The position numbers and the translations under genes were made by a program. A stretch of 64,000 bases of DNA from Eledone cirrhosa (lineage: Eukaryota), in NCBI GenBank assembly GCA_964016885.1, contig OZ024740.1:34038001-34102000 (forward strand). The letters run 5' to 3'. How positions within the stretch are numbered: the stretch's first letter is position 1; each line of letters starts with the position of its first letter. Below the pieces are notes generated by a model that was not told where the DNA came from, did no database searches, and was given only the letters and a program-made list of their open reading frames with translations. Shown here piece by piece: positions 53,190-64,000 of this stretch.

Positions 53190-56100
53190 GTGATGGAGTT
53201 AAGTTATGATAGTTGTTGTTTAACTCTAGGCCAGGTGTGATGGAGTTAAGTTATGATAGTTGTTGTTGTTTAACCCTAGGCCAGGTGTGATGGAGTTAAG
53301 TTATGATAGTTGTTGTTTAACCCTAGGCCAGGTGTGATGGAGTTAAGTTATGATAGTTGTTGTTGTTTAACCCTAGGCCAGGTGTGATGTAGTTAAGTTA
53401 TGATAGTTGTTGTTTAACCCTAGGCCAGGTGTGATGGAGTTAAGTTATGATAGTTGTTGTTTAACCCTAGGCCAGGTGTGATGGAGTTAAGTTATGATAG
53501 TTGTTGTTGTTTAACCCTAGGCCAGGTGTGATGGAGTTAAGTTATGATAGTTGTTGTTTAACCCTAGGCCAGGTGTGATGGAGTTAAGTTATGATAGTTG
53601 TTTAACTCTAGGCCAGGTGTGATGGAGTTAAGTTATGATAGTTGTTGTTTAACCCTAGGCCAGGTGTGATGTAGTTAAGTTATGATAGTTGTTGTTTAAC
53701 TCTAGGCCAGGTGTGATGGAGTTAAGTTATGATAGTTGTTGTTTAACTCTAGGCCAGGTGTGATGGAGTTAAGTTATGATAGTTGTTTAACTCTAGGCCA
53801 GGTGTGATGGAGTTAAGTTAGGATAGTTGTTGTTTAACCCTAGGCCAGGTGTGATGTGGTTAAGTTATGATAGTTGTTGTTTAACTCTAGGCCAGGTGTG
53901 ATGGAGTTAAGTTATGATAGTTGTTGTTTAACTCTAGGCCAGGTGTGATGGAGTTAAGTTAGGATAGTTGTTGTTTAACCCTAGGCCAGGAGTGATGGAG
54001 TTAAGTTATGATAGTTGTTGTTTAACCCTAGGCCAGGTGTTATGGAGTTAAGTTATGATAGTTGTTGTTGTTTAAACCCTAGGCCAGGTGTGATGGAGTT
54101 AAGTTATGATAGTTGTTGTTGTTTAACCCTAGGCCAGGTGTGATGGAGTTAAGTTATGATAGTTGTTGTTTAACCCTAGGCCAGGTGTGATGGAGTTAAG
54201 TTATGATAGTTGTTGTTTAACTCTAGGCCAGGTGTGATGGAGTTAAGTTAGGATAGTTGTTGTTTAACCCTAGGCCAGGTGTGATGGAGTTAAGTTATGA
54301 TAGTTGTTGTTTAACTCTAGGCCAGGTGTGATGGAGTTAAGTTATGATAGCTGTTGTTTAACTCTAGGCCAGGTGTGATGGAGTTAAGTTATGATAGTTG
54401 TTGTTTAACTCTAGGCCAGGTGTGATGGAGTTAAGTTATGATAGTTGTTGTTTAACTCTAGGCCAGGTGTGATGGAGTTAAGTTATGATAGTTGTTGTTT
54501 AACCCTAGGCCAGGTGTGATGTAGTTAAGTTATGATAGTTGTTGTTTAACTCTAGGCCATATGTGATGGAGTTAAGTTATGATAGCTGTTGTTTAACTCT
54601 AGGCCAGGTGTGATGGAGTTAAGTTATGATAGTTGTTGTTCAACTCTAGGCCAGGTGTGATGGAGTTAAGTTAGGATAGTTGTTGTTTAACCCTAGGCCA
54701 GGTGTGATGGAGTTAAGTTATGATAGTTGTTGTTTAACTCTAGGCCAGGTGTGATGGAGTTAAGTTATGATAGCTGTTGTTTAACTCTAGGCCAGGTGTG
54801 ATGGAGTTAAGTTATGATAGTTGTTGTTTAACTCTAGGCCAGGTGTGATGGAGTTAAGTTATGATAGTTGTTGTTTAACTCTAGGCCAGGTGTGATGGAG
54901 TTAAGTTATGATAGTTGTTGTTTAACCCTAGGCCAGGTGTGATGTAGTTAAGTTATGATAGTTGTTGTTTAACTCTAGGCCAGGTGTGATTGAGTTAAGT
55001 TATGATAGTTGTTGTTGTTTAACCCTAGGCCAGGTGTGATGGAGTTAAGTTATGCTAGTTGTTGTTTAACCCTAGGCCAGGTGTGATGTAGTTAAGTTAT
55101 GATAGTTGTTGTTTAACTCTAGGCCAGGTGTTATGGAGTTAAGTTATGATAGTTGTTGTTGTTTAACCCTAGTCCAGGTGTGATAGAGTTAAGTTATGAT
55201 AGTTGTTGTTAACTCTAGGCCAGGTGTGATGGAGTTAAGTTATGATAGTTGTTGTTTAACCCTAGGCCAGGTGTGATGGAGTTAAGTTATGATAGTTGTT
55301 GTTTAACCCTAGGCCAGGTGTGATGGAGTTAAGTTATGATAGTTGTTGTTTAACTCTAGGCCAGGTGTGATGGAGTTAAGTTATGATAGTTGTTGTTGTT
55401 TAACCCTAGGCCAGGTGTGATGGAGTTAAGTTATGATAGTTGTTGTTTAACCCTAGGCCAGGTGTGATGGAGTTAAGTTATGATAGTTGTTGTTGTTTAA
55501 CCCTAGGCCAGGTGTGATGTAGTTAAGTTATGATAGTTGTTGTTTAACCCTAGGCCAGGTGTGATGGAGTTAAGTTATGATAGTTGTTGTTTAACCCTAG
55601 GCCAGGTGTGATGGAGTTAAGTTATGATAGTTGTTGTTGTTTAACCCTAGGCCAGGTGTGATGGAGTTAAGTTATGATAGTTGTTGTTTAACCCTAGGCC
55701 AGGTGTGATGGAGTTAAGTTATGATAGTTGTTTAACTCTAGGCCAGGTGTGATGGAGTTAAGTTATGATAGTTGTTGTTTAACCCTAGGCCAGGTGTGAT
55801 GTAGTTAAGTTATGATAGTTGTTGTTTAACTCTAGGCCAGGTGTGATGGAGTTAAGTTATGATAGTTGTTGTTTAACTCTAGGCCAGGTGTGATGGAGTT
55901 AAGTTATGATAGTTGTTTAACTCTAGGCCAGGTGTGATGGAGTTAAGTTAGGATAGTTGTTGTTTAACCCTAGGCCAGGTGTGATGTGGTTAAGTTATGA
56001 TAGTTGTTGTTTAACTCTAGGCCAGGTGTGATGGAGTTAAGTTATGATAGTTGTTGTTTAACTCTAGGCCAGGTGTGATGGAGTTAAGTTAGGATAGTTG

Positions 56101-57260
56101 TTGTTTAACCCTAGGCCAGGAGTGATGGAGTTAAGTTATGATAGTTGTTGTTTAACCCTAGGCCAGGTGTTATGGAGTTAAGTTATGATAGTTGTTGTTG
56201 TTTAAACCCTAGGCCAGGTGTGATGGAGTTAAGTTATGATAGTTGTTGTTGTTTAACCCTAGGCCAGGTGTGATGGAGTTAAGTTATGATAGTTGTTGTT
56301 TAACCCTAGGCCAGGTGTGATGGAGTTAAGTTATGATAGTTGTTGTTTAACTCTAGGCCAGGTGTGATGGAGTTAAGTTAGGATAGTTGTTGTTTAACCC
56401 TAGGCCAGGTGTGATGGAGTTAAGTTATGATAGTTGTTGTTTAACTCTAGGCCAGGTGTGATGGAGTTAAGTTATGATAGCTGTTGTTTAACTCTAGGCC
56501 AGGTGTGATGGAGTTAAGTTATGATAGTTGTTGTTTAACTCTAGGCCAGGTGTGATGGAGTTAAGTTATGATAGTTGTTGTTTAACTCTAGGCCAGGTGT
56601 GATGGAGTTAAGTTATGATAGTTGTTGTTTAACCCTAGGCCAGGTGTGATGTAGTTAAGTTATGATAGTTGTTGTTTAACTCTAGGCCATATGTGATGGA
56701 GTTAAGTTATGATAGCTGTTGTTTAACTCTAGGCCAGGTGTGATGGAGTTAAGTTATGATAGTTGTTGTTCAACTCTAGGCCAGGTGTGATGGAGTTAAG
56801 TTAGGATAGTTGTTGTTTAACCCTAGGCCAGGTGTGATGGAGTTAAGTTATGATAGTTGTTGTTTAACTCTAGGCCAGGTGTGATGGAGTTAAGTTATGA
56901 TAGCTGTTGTTTAACTCTAGGCCAGGTGTGATGGAGTTAAGTTATGATAGTTGTTGTTTAACTCTAGGCCAGGTGTGATGGAGTTAAGTTATGATAGTTG
57001 TTGTTTAACTCTAGGCCAGGTGTGATGGAGTTAAGTTATGATAGTTGTTGTTTAACCCTAGGCCAGGTGTGATGTAGTTAAGTTATGATAGTTGTTGTTT
57101 AACTCTAGGCCAGGTGTGATTGAGTTAAGTTATGATAGTTGTTGTTGTTTAACCCTAGGCCAGGTGTGATGGAGTTAAGTTATGCTAGTTGTTGTTTAAC
57201 CCTAGGCCAGGTGTGATGTAGTTAAGTTATGATAGTTGTTGTTTAACTCTAGGCCAGGTG
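53190..57260 (+). repeat. Tandem duplication with a 2,130-bp period
   Basis: GTTTAAACCC 54070/56200, GGCCATATG 54560/56690 and GATTGAG 54991/57121 are all offset by 2130. Confidence 0.9.
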
Positions 57261-57269
57261 TGATGGAGT

Positions 57270-60200
57270 TAAGTTATGATAGCTGTTGTTTAACTCTAGG
57301 CCAGGTGTGATGGAGTTAAGTTATGATAGTTGTTGTTTAACCCTAGGCCAGGTGTGATGGAGTTAAGTTATGATAGTTGTTTAAGTCTAGGCCAGGTGTG
57401 ATGGAGTTAAGTTATGATAGCTGTTGTTTAACTCTAGGCCAGGTGTGATGGAGTTAAGTTAGGATAGTTGTTGTTTAACCCTAGGCCAGGTGTGATGGAG
57501 TTAAGTTATGATAGTTGTTGTTTAACTCTAGGCCAGGTGTGATGGAGTTAAGTTATGATAGCTGTTGTTTAACTCTAGGCCAGGTGTGATGGAGTTAAGT
57601 TATGATAGTTGTTGTTTAACCCTAGGCCAGGTGTGATGGAGTTAAGTTATGATAGTTGTTTAACTCTAGGCCAGGTGTGATGGAGTTAAGTTATGATAGC
57701 TGTTGTTTAACTCTAGGCCAGGTGTGATGGAGTTAAGTTATGATAGTTGTTGTTTAACCCTAGGCCAGGTGTGATGGAGTTAAGTTATGATAGTTGTTGT
57801 TTAACCCTAGGCCAGGTGTGATGGAGTTAAGTTATGATAGTTGTTGTTTAATCCTAGGCCAGGTGTGATGGAATTAAGTTATGATAGTTGTTGTTTAACC
57901 CTAGGCCAGGTGTGATGGAGTTAAGTTATGATAGTTGTTGTTTAATCCTAGGCCAGGTGTGATGGAGTTAAGTTATGATAGTTGTTGTTGTTTAACCCTA
58001 GGCCAGGTGTGATGGAGTTAAGTTATGATAGTTGTTGTTTAATCCTAGGCCAGGTGTGATGGAGTTAAGTTATGATAGTTGTTGTTTAACACTAGGCCAG
58101 GTGTGATGGAGTTAGGTTATGATAGTTGTTGTTTAACACTAGGCCAGGTGTGATGGAGTTAAGTTATCATAGTTGTTTAATCCTAGGCCAGGTGTGATGG
58201 AGTTAAGTTATGATAGTTGTTGTTTAATCCTAGGCCAGGTGTGATGGAGTTAAGTTATGATAGTTGTTTAACACTAGGCCAGGTGTGATGGAGTTAAGTT
58301 ATGATAGTTGTTGTTTAACACTAGGCCAGGTGTGATGGAGTTAAGTTATGATAGTTGTTGTTTAACCCTAGGCCCGGTGTGATGGAGTTAAGTTATGATA
58401 GTTGTTGTTTAACCCTAGGCTAGGTGTGATGTAGTTAAGTTATGATAGTTGTTGTTGTTTAACCCTAGGCCAGGTGTGATGGAGTTAAGTTATGATAGTT
58501 GTTGTTGTTTAACCCTAGGCCAGGTGTGATGGAGTTAAGTTATGATAGTTGTTGTTTAACTCTAGGCCAGGTGTGATGGAGTTAAGTTATGATAGCTGTT
58601 GTTTAACTCTAGGCCAGGTGTTATGGAGTTAAGTTATGATAGCTGTTGTTTAACCCTAGGCCAGGTGTGATGGAGTTAAGTTATGATAGTTGTTGTTTAA
58701 CCCTAGGCCAGGTGTGATGGAGTTAAGTTATGATAGTTGTTGTTTAACTCTAGGCCAGGTGTGATGGAGTTAAGTTATGATAGCTGTTGTTTAACTCTAG
58801 GCCAGGTGTGATGGAGTTAAGTTATGATAGTTGTTGTTTAACTCTAGGCCAGGTGTGATGGAGTTAAGTTATGATAGTTGTTGTTTAACTCTAGGCCAGG
58901 TGTGATGGAGTTAAGTTATGATAGTTGTTGTTTAACCCTAGGCCAGGTGTGATGTAGTTAAGTTATGATAGTTGTTGTTTAACTCTAGGCCAGGTGTGAT
59001 GGAGTTAAGTTATGATAGCTGTTGTTTAACTCTAGGCCAGGTGTGATGGAGTTAAGTTATGATAGTTGTTTTTCAACTCTAGGCCAGGTGTGATGGAGTT
59101 AAGTTAGGATAGTTGTTGTTTAACCCTAGGCCAGGTGTGATGGAGTTAAGTTATGATAGTTGTTGTTTAACTCTAGGCCAGGTGTGATGGAGTTAAGTTA
59201 TGATAGCTGTTGTTTAACTCTAGGCCAGGTGTGATGGAGTTAAGTTATGATAGTTGTTGTTTACCTCTAGGCCAGGTGTGATGGAGTTAAGTTATGATAG
59301 TTGTTGTTTACTCTAGGCTAGGTGTGATGGAGTTAAGTTATGATAGTTGTTGTTTAACTCTAGGCCAGGTGTGATGTAGTTAAGTTATGAGAGTTGTTGT
59401 TTAACCCTAGGCCAGGTGTGATGGAGTTAAGTTATGATAGTTGTTGTTTAACCCTAGGCCAGGTGTGATGGAGTTAAGTTAGTTGTTTAACACTAGGCCA
59501 GGTGTGATGGAGTTAAGTTATGATAGTTGTTGTTTAACACTAGGCCAGGTGTGATGGAGTTAAGTTATGATAGTTGTTGTTTAACTCTAGGCCAGGTGTG
59601 ATGGAGTTAAGTTATGATAGTTGTTGTTTAACCCTAGGCCAGGTGTGATGTAGTTAAGTTATGATAGTTGTTGTTTAACTCTAGGCCAGGTGTGATGGAG
59701 TTAAGTTATGATAGTTGTTGTTTAACCCTAGGCCAGGTGTGATGGAGTTAAGTTAGTTGTTTAACACTAGGCCAGGTGTGATGTAGTTAAGTTATGATAG
59801 TTGTTGTTTAACACTAGGCCAGGTGTGATGGAGTTAAGTTATGATAGTTGTTGTTTAACTCTAGGCCAGGTGTGATGGAGTTAAGTTATGATAGTTGTTG
59901 TTTAACCCTAGGCCAGGTGTGATGTAGTTAAGTTATGATAGTTGTTGTTTAACTCTAGGCCAGGTGTGATGGAGTTAAGTTATGATAGTTGTTGTTTAAC
60001 TCTAGGCCAGGTGTGATGGAGTTAAGTTAGGATAGTTGTTGTTTAACCCTAGGCCAGGTGTGATGGAGTTAAGTTATGATAGTTGTTGTTTAACCCTAGG
60101 CCAGGTGTTATGGAGTTAAGTTATGATAGTTGTTGTTGTTTAACCCTAGGCCAGGTGTGATGGAGTTAAGTTATGATAGTTGTTGTTTAATCGTAGGCCA

Positions 60201-63200
60201 GGTGTGATGGAGTTAAGTTATGATAGTTGTTTAATCCTAGGCCAGGTGTGATGGAGTTAAGTTATGATAGTTGTTGTTTAACCCTAGGCCAGGTGTGATG
60301 GAGTTAAGTTATGATAGTTGTTGTTTAACCCTAGGCCCGGTGTGATGGAGTTAAGTTATGATAGTTGTTTAATCCTAGGCCAGGTGTGATGGAGTTAAGT
60401 TATGATAGTTGTTGTTTAATCCTAGGCCAGGTGTGATGGAGTTAAGTTATGATAGTTGTTGTTTAACACTAGGCCAGGTGTGACGGAGTTAAGTTATGAT
60501 AGTTGTTGTTTAACACTAGGCCAGGTGTGATGGAGTTAAGTTATGATAGTTGTTGTTTAACCCTAGGCCCGGTGTGATGGAGTTAAGTTATGATAGTTGT
60601 TGTTTAACTCTAGGCTAGGTGTGATGTAGTTAAGTTATGATAGTTGTTGTTGTTTAACCCTAGGCCAGGTGTGATGGAATTAAGTTATGATAGTTGTTGT
60701 TTAACCCTAGGCTAGGTGTGATGGAATTTAGTGATGATAGTTGTTGTTTAACCCTAGGCCAGGTGTGATGGAGTTAAGTTACGATAGTTGTTGTTTAATC
60801 CTAGGCCAGGTGTGATGGAGTTAAGTTATGATAGTTGTTGTTTAACCCTAGGCCAGGTGTGATGGAGTTAAGTTATGATAGTTGTTGTTTAACTCTTGGC
60901 CAGGTGTGATGGAGTTAAGTTATGATAGTTGTTGTTTAACCCTAGGCCAGGTGTGATGGAGTTAAGTTATGATAGTTGTTTTTTAACCCTAGGCCAGGTG
61001 TGATGGAGTTAAGTTATACTAGTTGTTTAACCCTAGGCCAGGTGTGATGGAGTTAAGTTATGATAGTTGTTGTTCAACTCTAGGCCAGGTGTGATGGAGT
61101 TAAGTTATGATAGTTGTTGTTGTTTAAACCTAGTCCAGGTATTATGTAGTTAAGTAATGATAATTGTTGTTTAACCCTCGGCTAGGTGTGATGGAGTTTA
61201 GTTATGATAGTTGTTGTTGTTTAACCCTAGGCCAGGTGTGATGGAGTTAAGTTATGATAGTTGTTGTTTAACTCTAGGCCAGGTGTGATGGAGTTAAGTT
61301 ATGATAGTTGTTGTTTAACTCTAGGCCAGGTGTGATGGAGTTAAGTTATGATAGTTGTTGTTTAACCCTAGGCCAGGTGTGATGTAGTTAAGTTATGATA
61401 GTTGTTGTTTAACTCTAGGCCAGGTGTGATGGAGTTAAGTTATGATAGCTGTTGTTTAACTCTAGGCCAGGTGTGATGGAGTTAAGTTATGATAGTTGTT
61501 TTTCAACTCTAGGCCAGGTGTGATGGAGTTAAGTTAGGATAGTTGTTGTTTAACCCTAGGCCAGGTGTGATGGAGTTAAGTTATGATAGTTGTTGTTTAA
61601 CTCTAGGCCAGGTGTGATGGAGTTAAGTTATGATAGCTGTTGTTTAACTCTAGGCCAGGTGTGATGGAGTTAAGTTATGATAGTTGTTGTTTAACCCTAG
61701 GCCAGGTGTGATGGAGTTAAGTTATGATAGTTGTTGTTTAACTCTAGGCCAGGTGTGATGGAGTTAAGTTATGATAGCTGTTGTTTAACTCTAGGCCAGG
61801 TGTGATGGAGTTAAGTTATGATAGTTGTTGTTTAACTCTAGGCCAGGTGTGATGGAGTTAAGTTATGATAGTTGTTTAACTCTAGGCCAGGTGTGATGGA
61901 GTTAAGTTATGATAGTTGTTGTTTAACCCTAGGCCAGGTGTGATGTAGTTAAGTTATGATAGTTGTTGTTTAATCCTAGGCCAGGGGTGATGGAGTTAAG
62001 TTATGATAGTTGTTGTTTAACCCTAGGCCAGGTGTGATGGAGTTAAGTTATGATAGTTGTTGTTTAACCCTAGGCCAGGTGTGATGGAGTTAAGTTATGA
62101 TAGTTGTTGTTTAATCCTAGGCCAGGTGTGATGGAATTAAGTTATGATAGTTGTTGTTTAACCCTAGGCCAGGTGTGATGGAGTTAAGTTATGATAGTTG
62201 TTGTTTAATCCTAGGCCAGGTGTGATGGAGTTAAGTTATGATAGTTGTTGTTGTTTAACCCTAGGCCAGGTGTGATGGAGTTAAGTTATGATAGTTGTTG
62301 TTTAATCCTAGGCCAGGTGTGATGGAGTTAAGTTATGATAGTTGTTGTTTAACACTAGGCCAGGTGTGATGGAGTTAGGTTATGATAGTTGTTGTTTAAC
62401 ACTAGGCCAGGTGTGATGGAGTTAAGTTATCATAGTTGTTTAATCCTAGGCCAGGTGTGATGGAGTTAAGTTATGATAGTTGTTGTTTAATCCTAGGCCA
62501 GGTGTGATGGAGTTAAGTTATGATAGTTGTTTAACACTAGGCCAGGTGTGATGGAGTTAAGTTATGATAGTTGTTGTTTAACACTAGGCCAGGTGTGATG
62601 GAGTTAAGTTATGATAGTTGTTGTTTAACCCTAGGCCCGGTGTGATGGAGTTAAGTTATGATAGTTGTTGTTTAACCCTAGGCTAGGTGTGATGTAGTTA
62701 AGTTATGATAGTTGTTGTTGTTTAACCCTAGGCCAGGTGTGATGGAGTTAAGTTATGATAGTTGTTGTTGTTTAACCCTAGGCCAGGTGTGATGGAGTTA
62801 AGTTATGATAGTTGTTGTTTAACTCTAGGCCAGGTGTGATGGAGTTAAGTTATGATAGCTGTTGTTTAACTCTAGGCCAGGTGTTATGGAGTTAAGTTAT
62901 GATAGCTGTTGTTTAACCCTAGGCCAGGTGTGATGGAGTTAAGTTATGATAGTTGTTGTTTAACCCTAGGCCAGGTGTGATGGAGTTAAGTTATGATAGT
63001 TGTTGTTTAACTCTAGGCCAGGTGTGATGGAGTTAAGTTATGATAGCTGTTGTTTAACTCTAGGCCAGGTGTGATGGAGTTAAGTTATGATAGTTGTTGT
63101 TTAACTCTAGGCCAGGTGTGATGGAGTTAAGTTATGATAGTTGTTGTTTAACTCTAGGCCAGGTGTGATGGAGTTAAGTTATGATAGTTGTTGTTTAACC

Positions 63201-64000
63201 CTAGGCCAGGTGTGATGTAGTTAAGTTATGATAGTTGTTGTTTAACTCTAGGCCAGGTGTGATGGAGTTAAGTTATGATAGTTGTTTTTCAACTCTAGGC
63301 CAGGTGTGATGGAGTTAAGTTAGGATAGTTGTTGTTTAACCCTAGGCCAGGTGTGATGGAGTTAAGTTATGATAGTTGTTGTTTAACTCTAGGCCAGGTG
63401 TGATGGAGTTAAGTTATGATAGCTGTTGTTTAACTCTAGGCCAGGTGTGATGGAGTTAAGTTATGATAGTTGTTGTTTACCTCTAGGCCAGGTGTGATGG
63501 AGTTAAGTTATGATAGTTGTTGTTTAATCCTAGGCCAGGTGTGATGGAGTTAAGTTATGATAGTTGTTGTTTAACACTAGGCCAGGTGTGATGGAGTTAG
63601 GTTATGATAGTTGTTGTTTAACACTAGGCCAGGTGTGATGGAGTTAAGTTATCATAGTTGTTTAATCCTAGGCCAGGTGTGATGGAGTTAAGTTATGATA
63701 GTTGTTGTTTAATCCTAGGCCAGGTGTGATGGAGTTAAGTTATGATAGTTGTTTAACACTAGGCCAGGTGTGATGGAGTTAAGTTATGATAGTTGTTGTT
63801 TAACACTAGGCCAGGTGTGATGGAGTTAAGTTATGATAGTTGTTGTTTAACCCTAGGCCCGGTGTGATGGAGTTAAGTTATGATAGTTGTTGTTTAACCC
63901 TAGGCTAGGTGTGATGTAGTTAAGTTATGATAGTTGTTGTTGTTTAACCCTAGGCCAGGTGTGATGGAGTTAAGTTATGATAGTTGTTGTTGTTTAACCC
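57270..64000. repeat. Array domain 2: same monomer with a different set of private variants
   Basis: GTTAGGTTAT (58111, 62374, 63596), TTATCATAG, TTTACCTC, TTTTCAACTC and 39-bp monomers were seen only here. TAGCTG and AACACT variants are frequent. Confidence 0.8.
57720..59290 (+). repeat. About 1.5-kb block duplicated at about 61990-63490 (offset 4,263), with a partial third copy from about 63500
   Basis: GTTAGGTTAT at 58111/62374/63596, each followed by TTATCATAG, GGCCCGG and GGCTAGG in the same order. Confidence 0.85.

Larger units (their letters stand above)
1..64000. repeat. Tandem satellite/minisatellite array, 47-bp monomer (44/47/50-bp length alleles), about 1,340 head-to-tail copies, open at both window edges
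   Basis: The consensus CTAGGCCAGGTGTGATGGAGTTAAGTTATGATAGTTGTTGTTTAACC recurs on every line; for example TTAAGTTATG occurs at 5041 and again at 5088 (period 47). All copies have the same orientation, and no non-repeat sequence was seen. Confidence 0.99.

Noticed and set aside
22639-62374. The same 4,263-bp offset in two unrelated duplications (22639/26902 and 58111/62374)
   Set aside because: The monomer content differs, and possible offsets are quantised by 47n plus 3k, so coincidence is likely. There is no general 4,263-bp period.
1-64000. CRISPR array
   Set aside because: Repeats are directly adjacent, with no unique spacers, no leader and no cas genes. Variation is limited to SNPs and GTT slippage.
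1-64000. Repetitive protein-coding ORF (most length variants differ by 3 nt)
   Set aside because: The minus strand has TAA/TAG stops in all three frames of each consensus monomer. The plus strand has stops in two frames, and because 44/47/50 are not multiples of 3 the open frame closes in the next monomer. The 3-nt steps reflect GTT slippage.
1-64000. Giant ORF under a TAA/TAG-reassigned (ciliate-type) code, since the minus-strand consensus lacks TGA
   Set aside because: The lack of TGA follows from the G-poor minus strand. Variants show no codon-position bias, 1-bp indels are tolerated, and nothing else indicates an alternative code.
1-64000. Telomerase-synthesised long telomeric repeat (yeast-like, GGTGT-containing G/T-rich strand)
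   Set aside because: 47 bp is longer than the telomerase-templated units I know of, and rare variants are inherited in kb-scale blocks, which indicates recombinational copying rather than synthesis from one RNA template.
1-64000. G-quadruplex array
   Set aside because: The plus strand has only GG doublets, and the minus strand has a single GGG per 47 bp, so there is no canonical four-tract G3 motif.
1-64000. Variant order as an information-storing code or synthetic construct
   Set aside because: The order of variants is consistent with nested duplication plus point mutation. No adapters, indices or designed structure were seen.

Overview
The whole 64 kb window is one uninterrupted head-to-tail tandem satellite array. 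The consensus monomer is 47 bp (CTAGGCCAGGTGTGATGGAGTTAAGTTATGATAGTTGTTGTTTAACC, about 40% GC, G/T-rich on the + strand), present in roughly 1,340 copies (estimated as 64000/47.7). I found no CDS, RNA gene, CRISPR spacer, transposon insertion or inversion. Common monomer variants are: GTT count 2/3/4 (44/47/50 bp), GGAG vs GTAG, and AACCC/AACTC/AATCC/AACAC. Rare marker variants reveal nested duplications at about 0.3 kb (7-mer), 0.6 kb (12-13-mer), 2-5 kb (tandem) and 5-8 kb (dispersed) scales. The variant pool changes at about 53-57 kb, and a more degenerate patch lies at about 60.2-61.2 kb. Most monomers carry a telomere-like TAACCCTA octamer or a one-base variant of it. This looks like eukaryotic satellite DNA (subtelomeric, pericentromeric or interstitial); the organism cannot be determined from the window. 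I do not see evidence for a new gene system. All coordinates and offsets were counted by hand.
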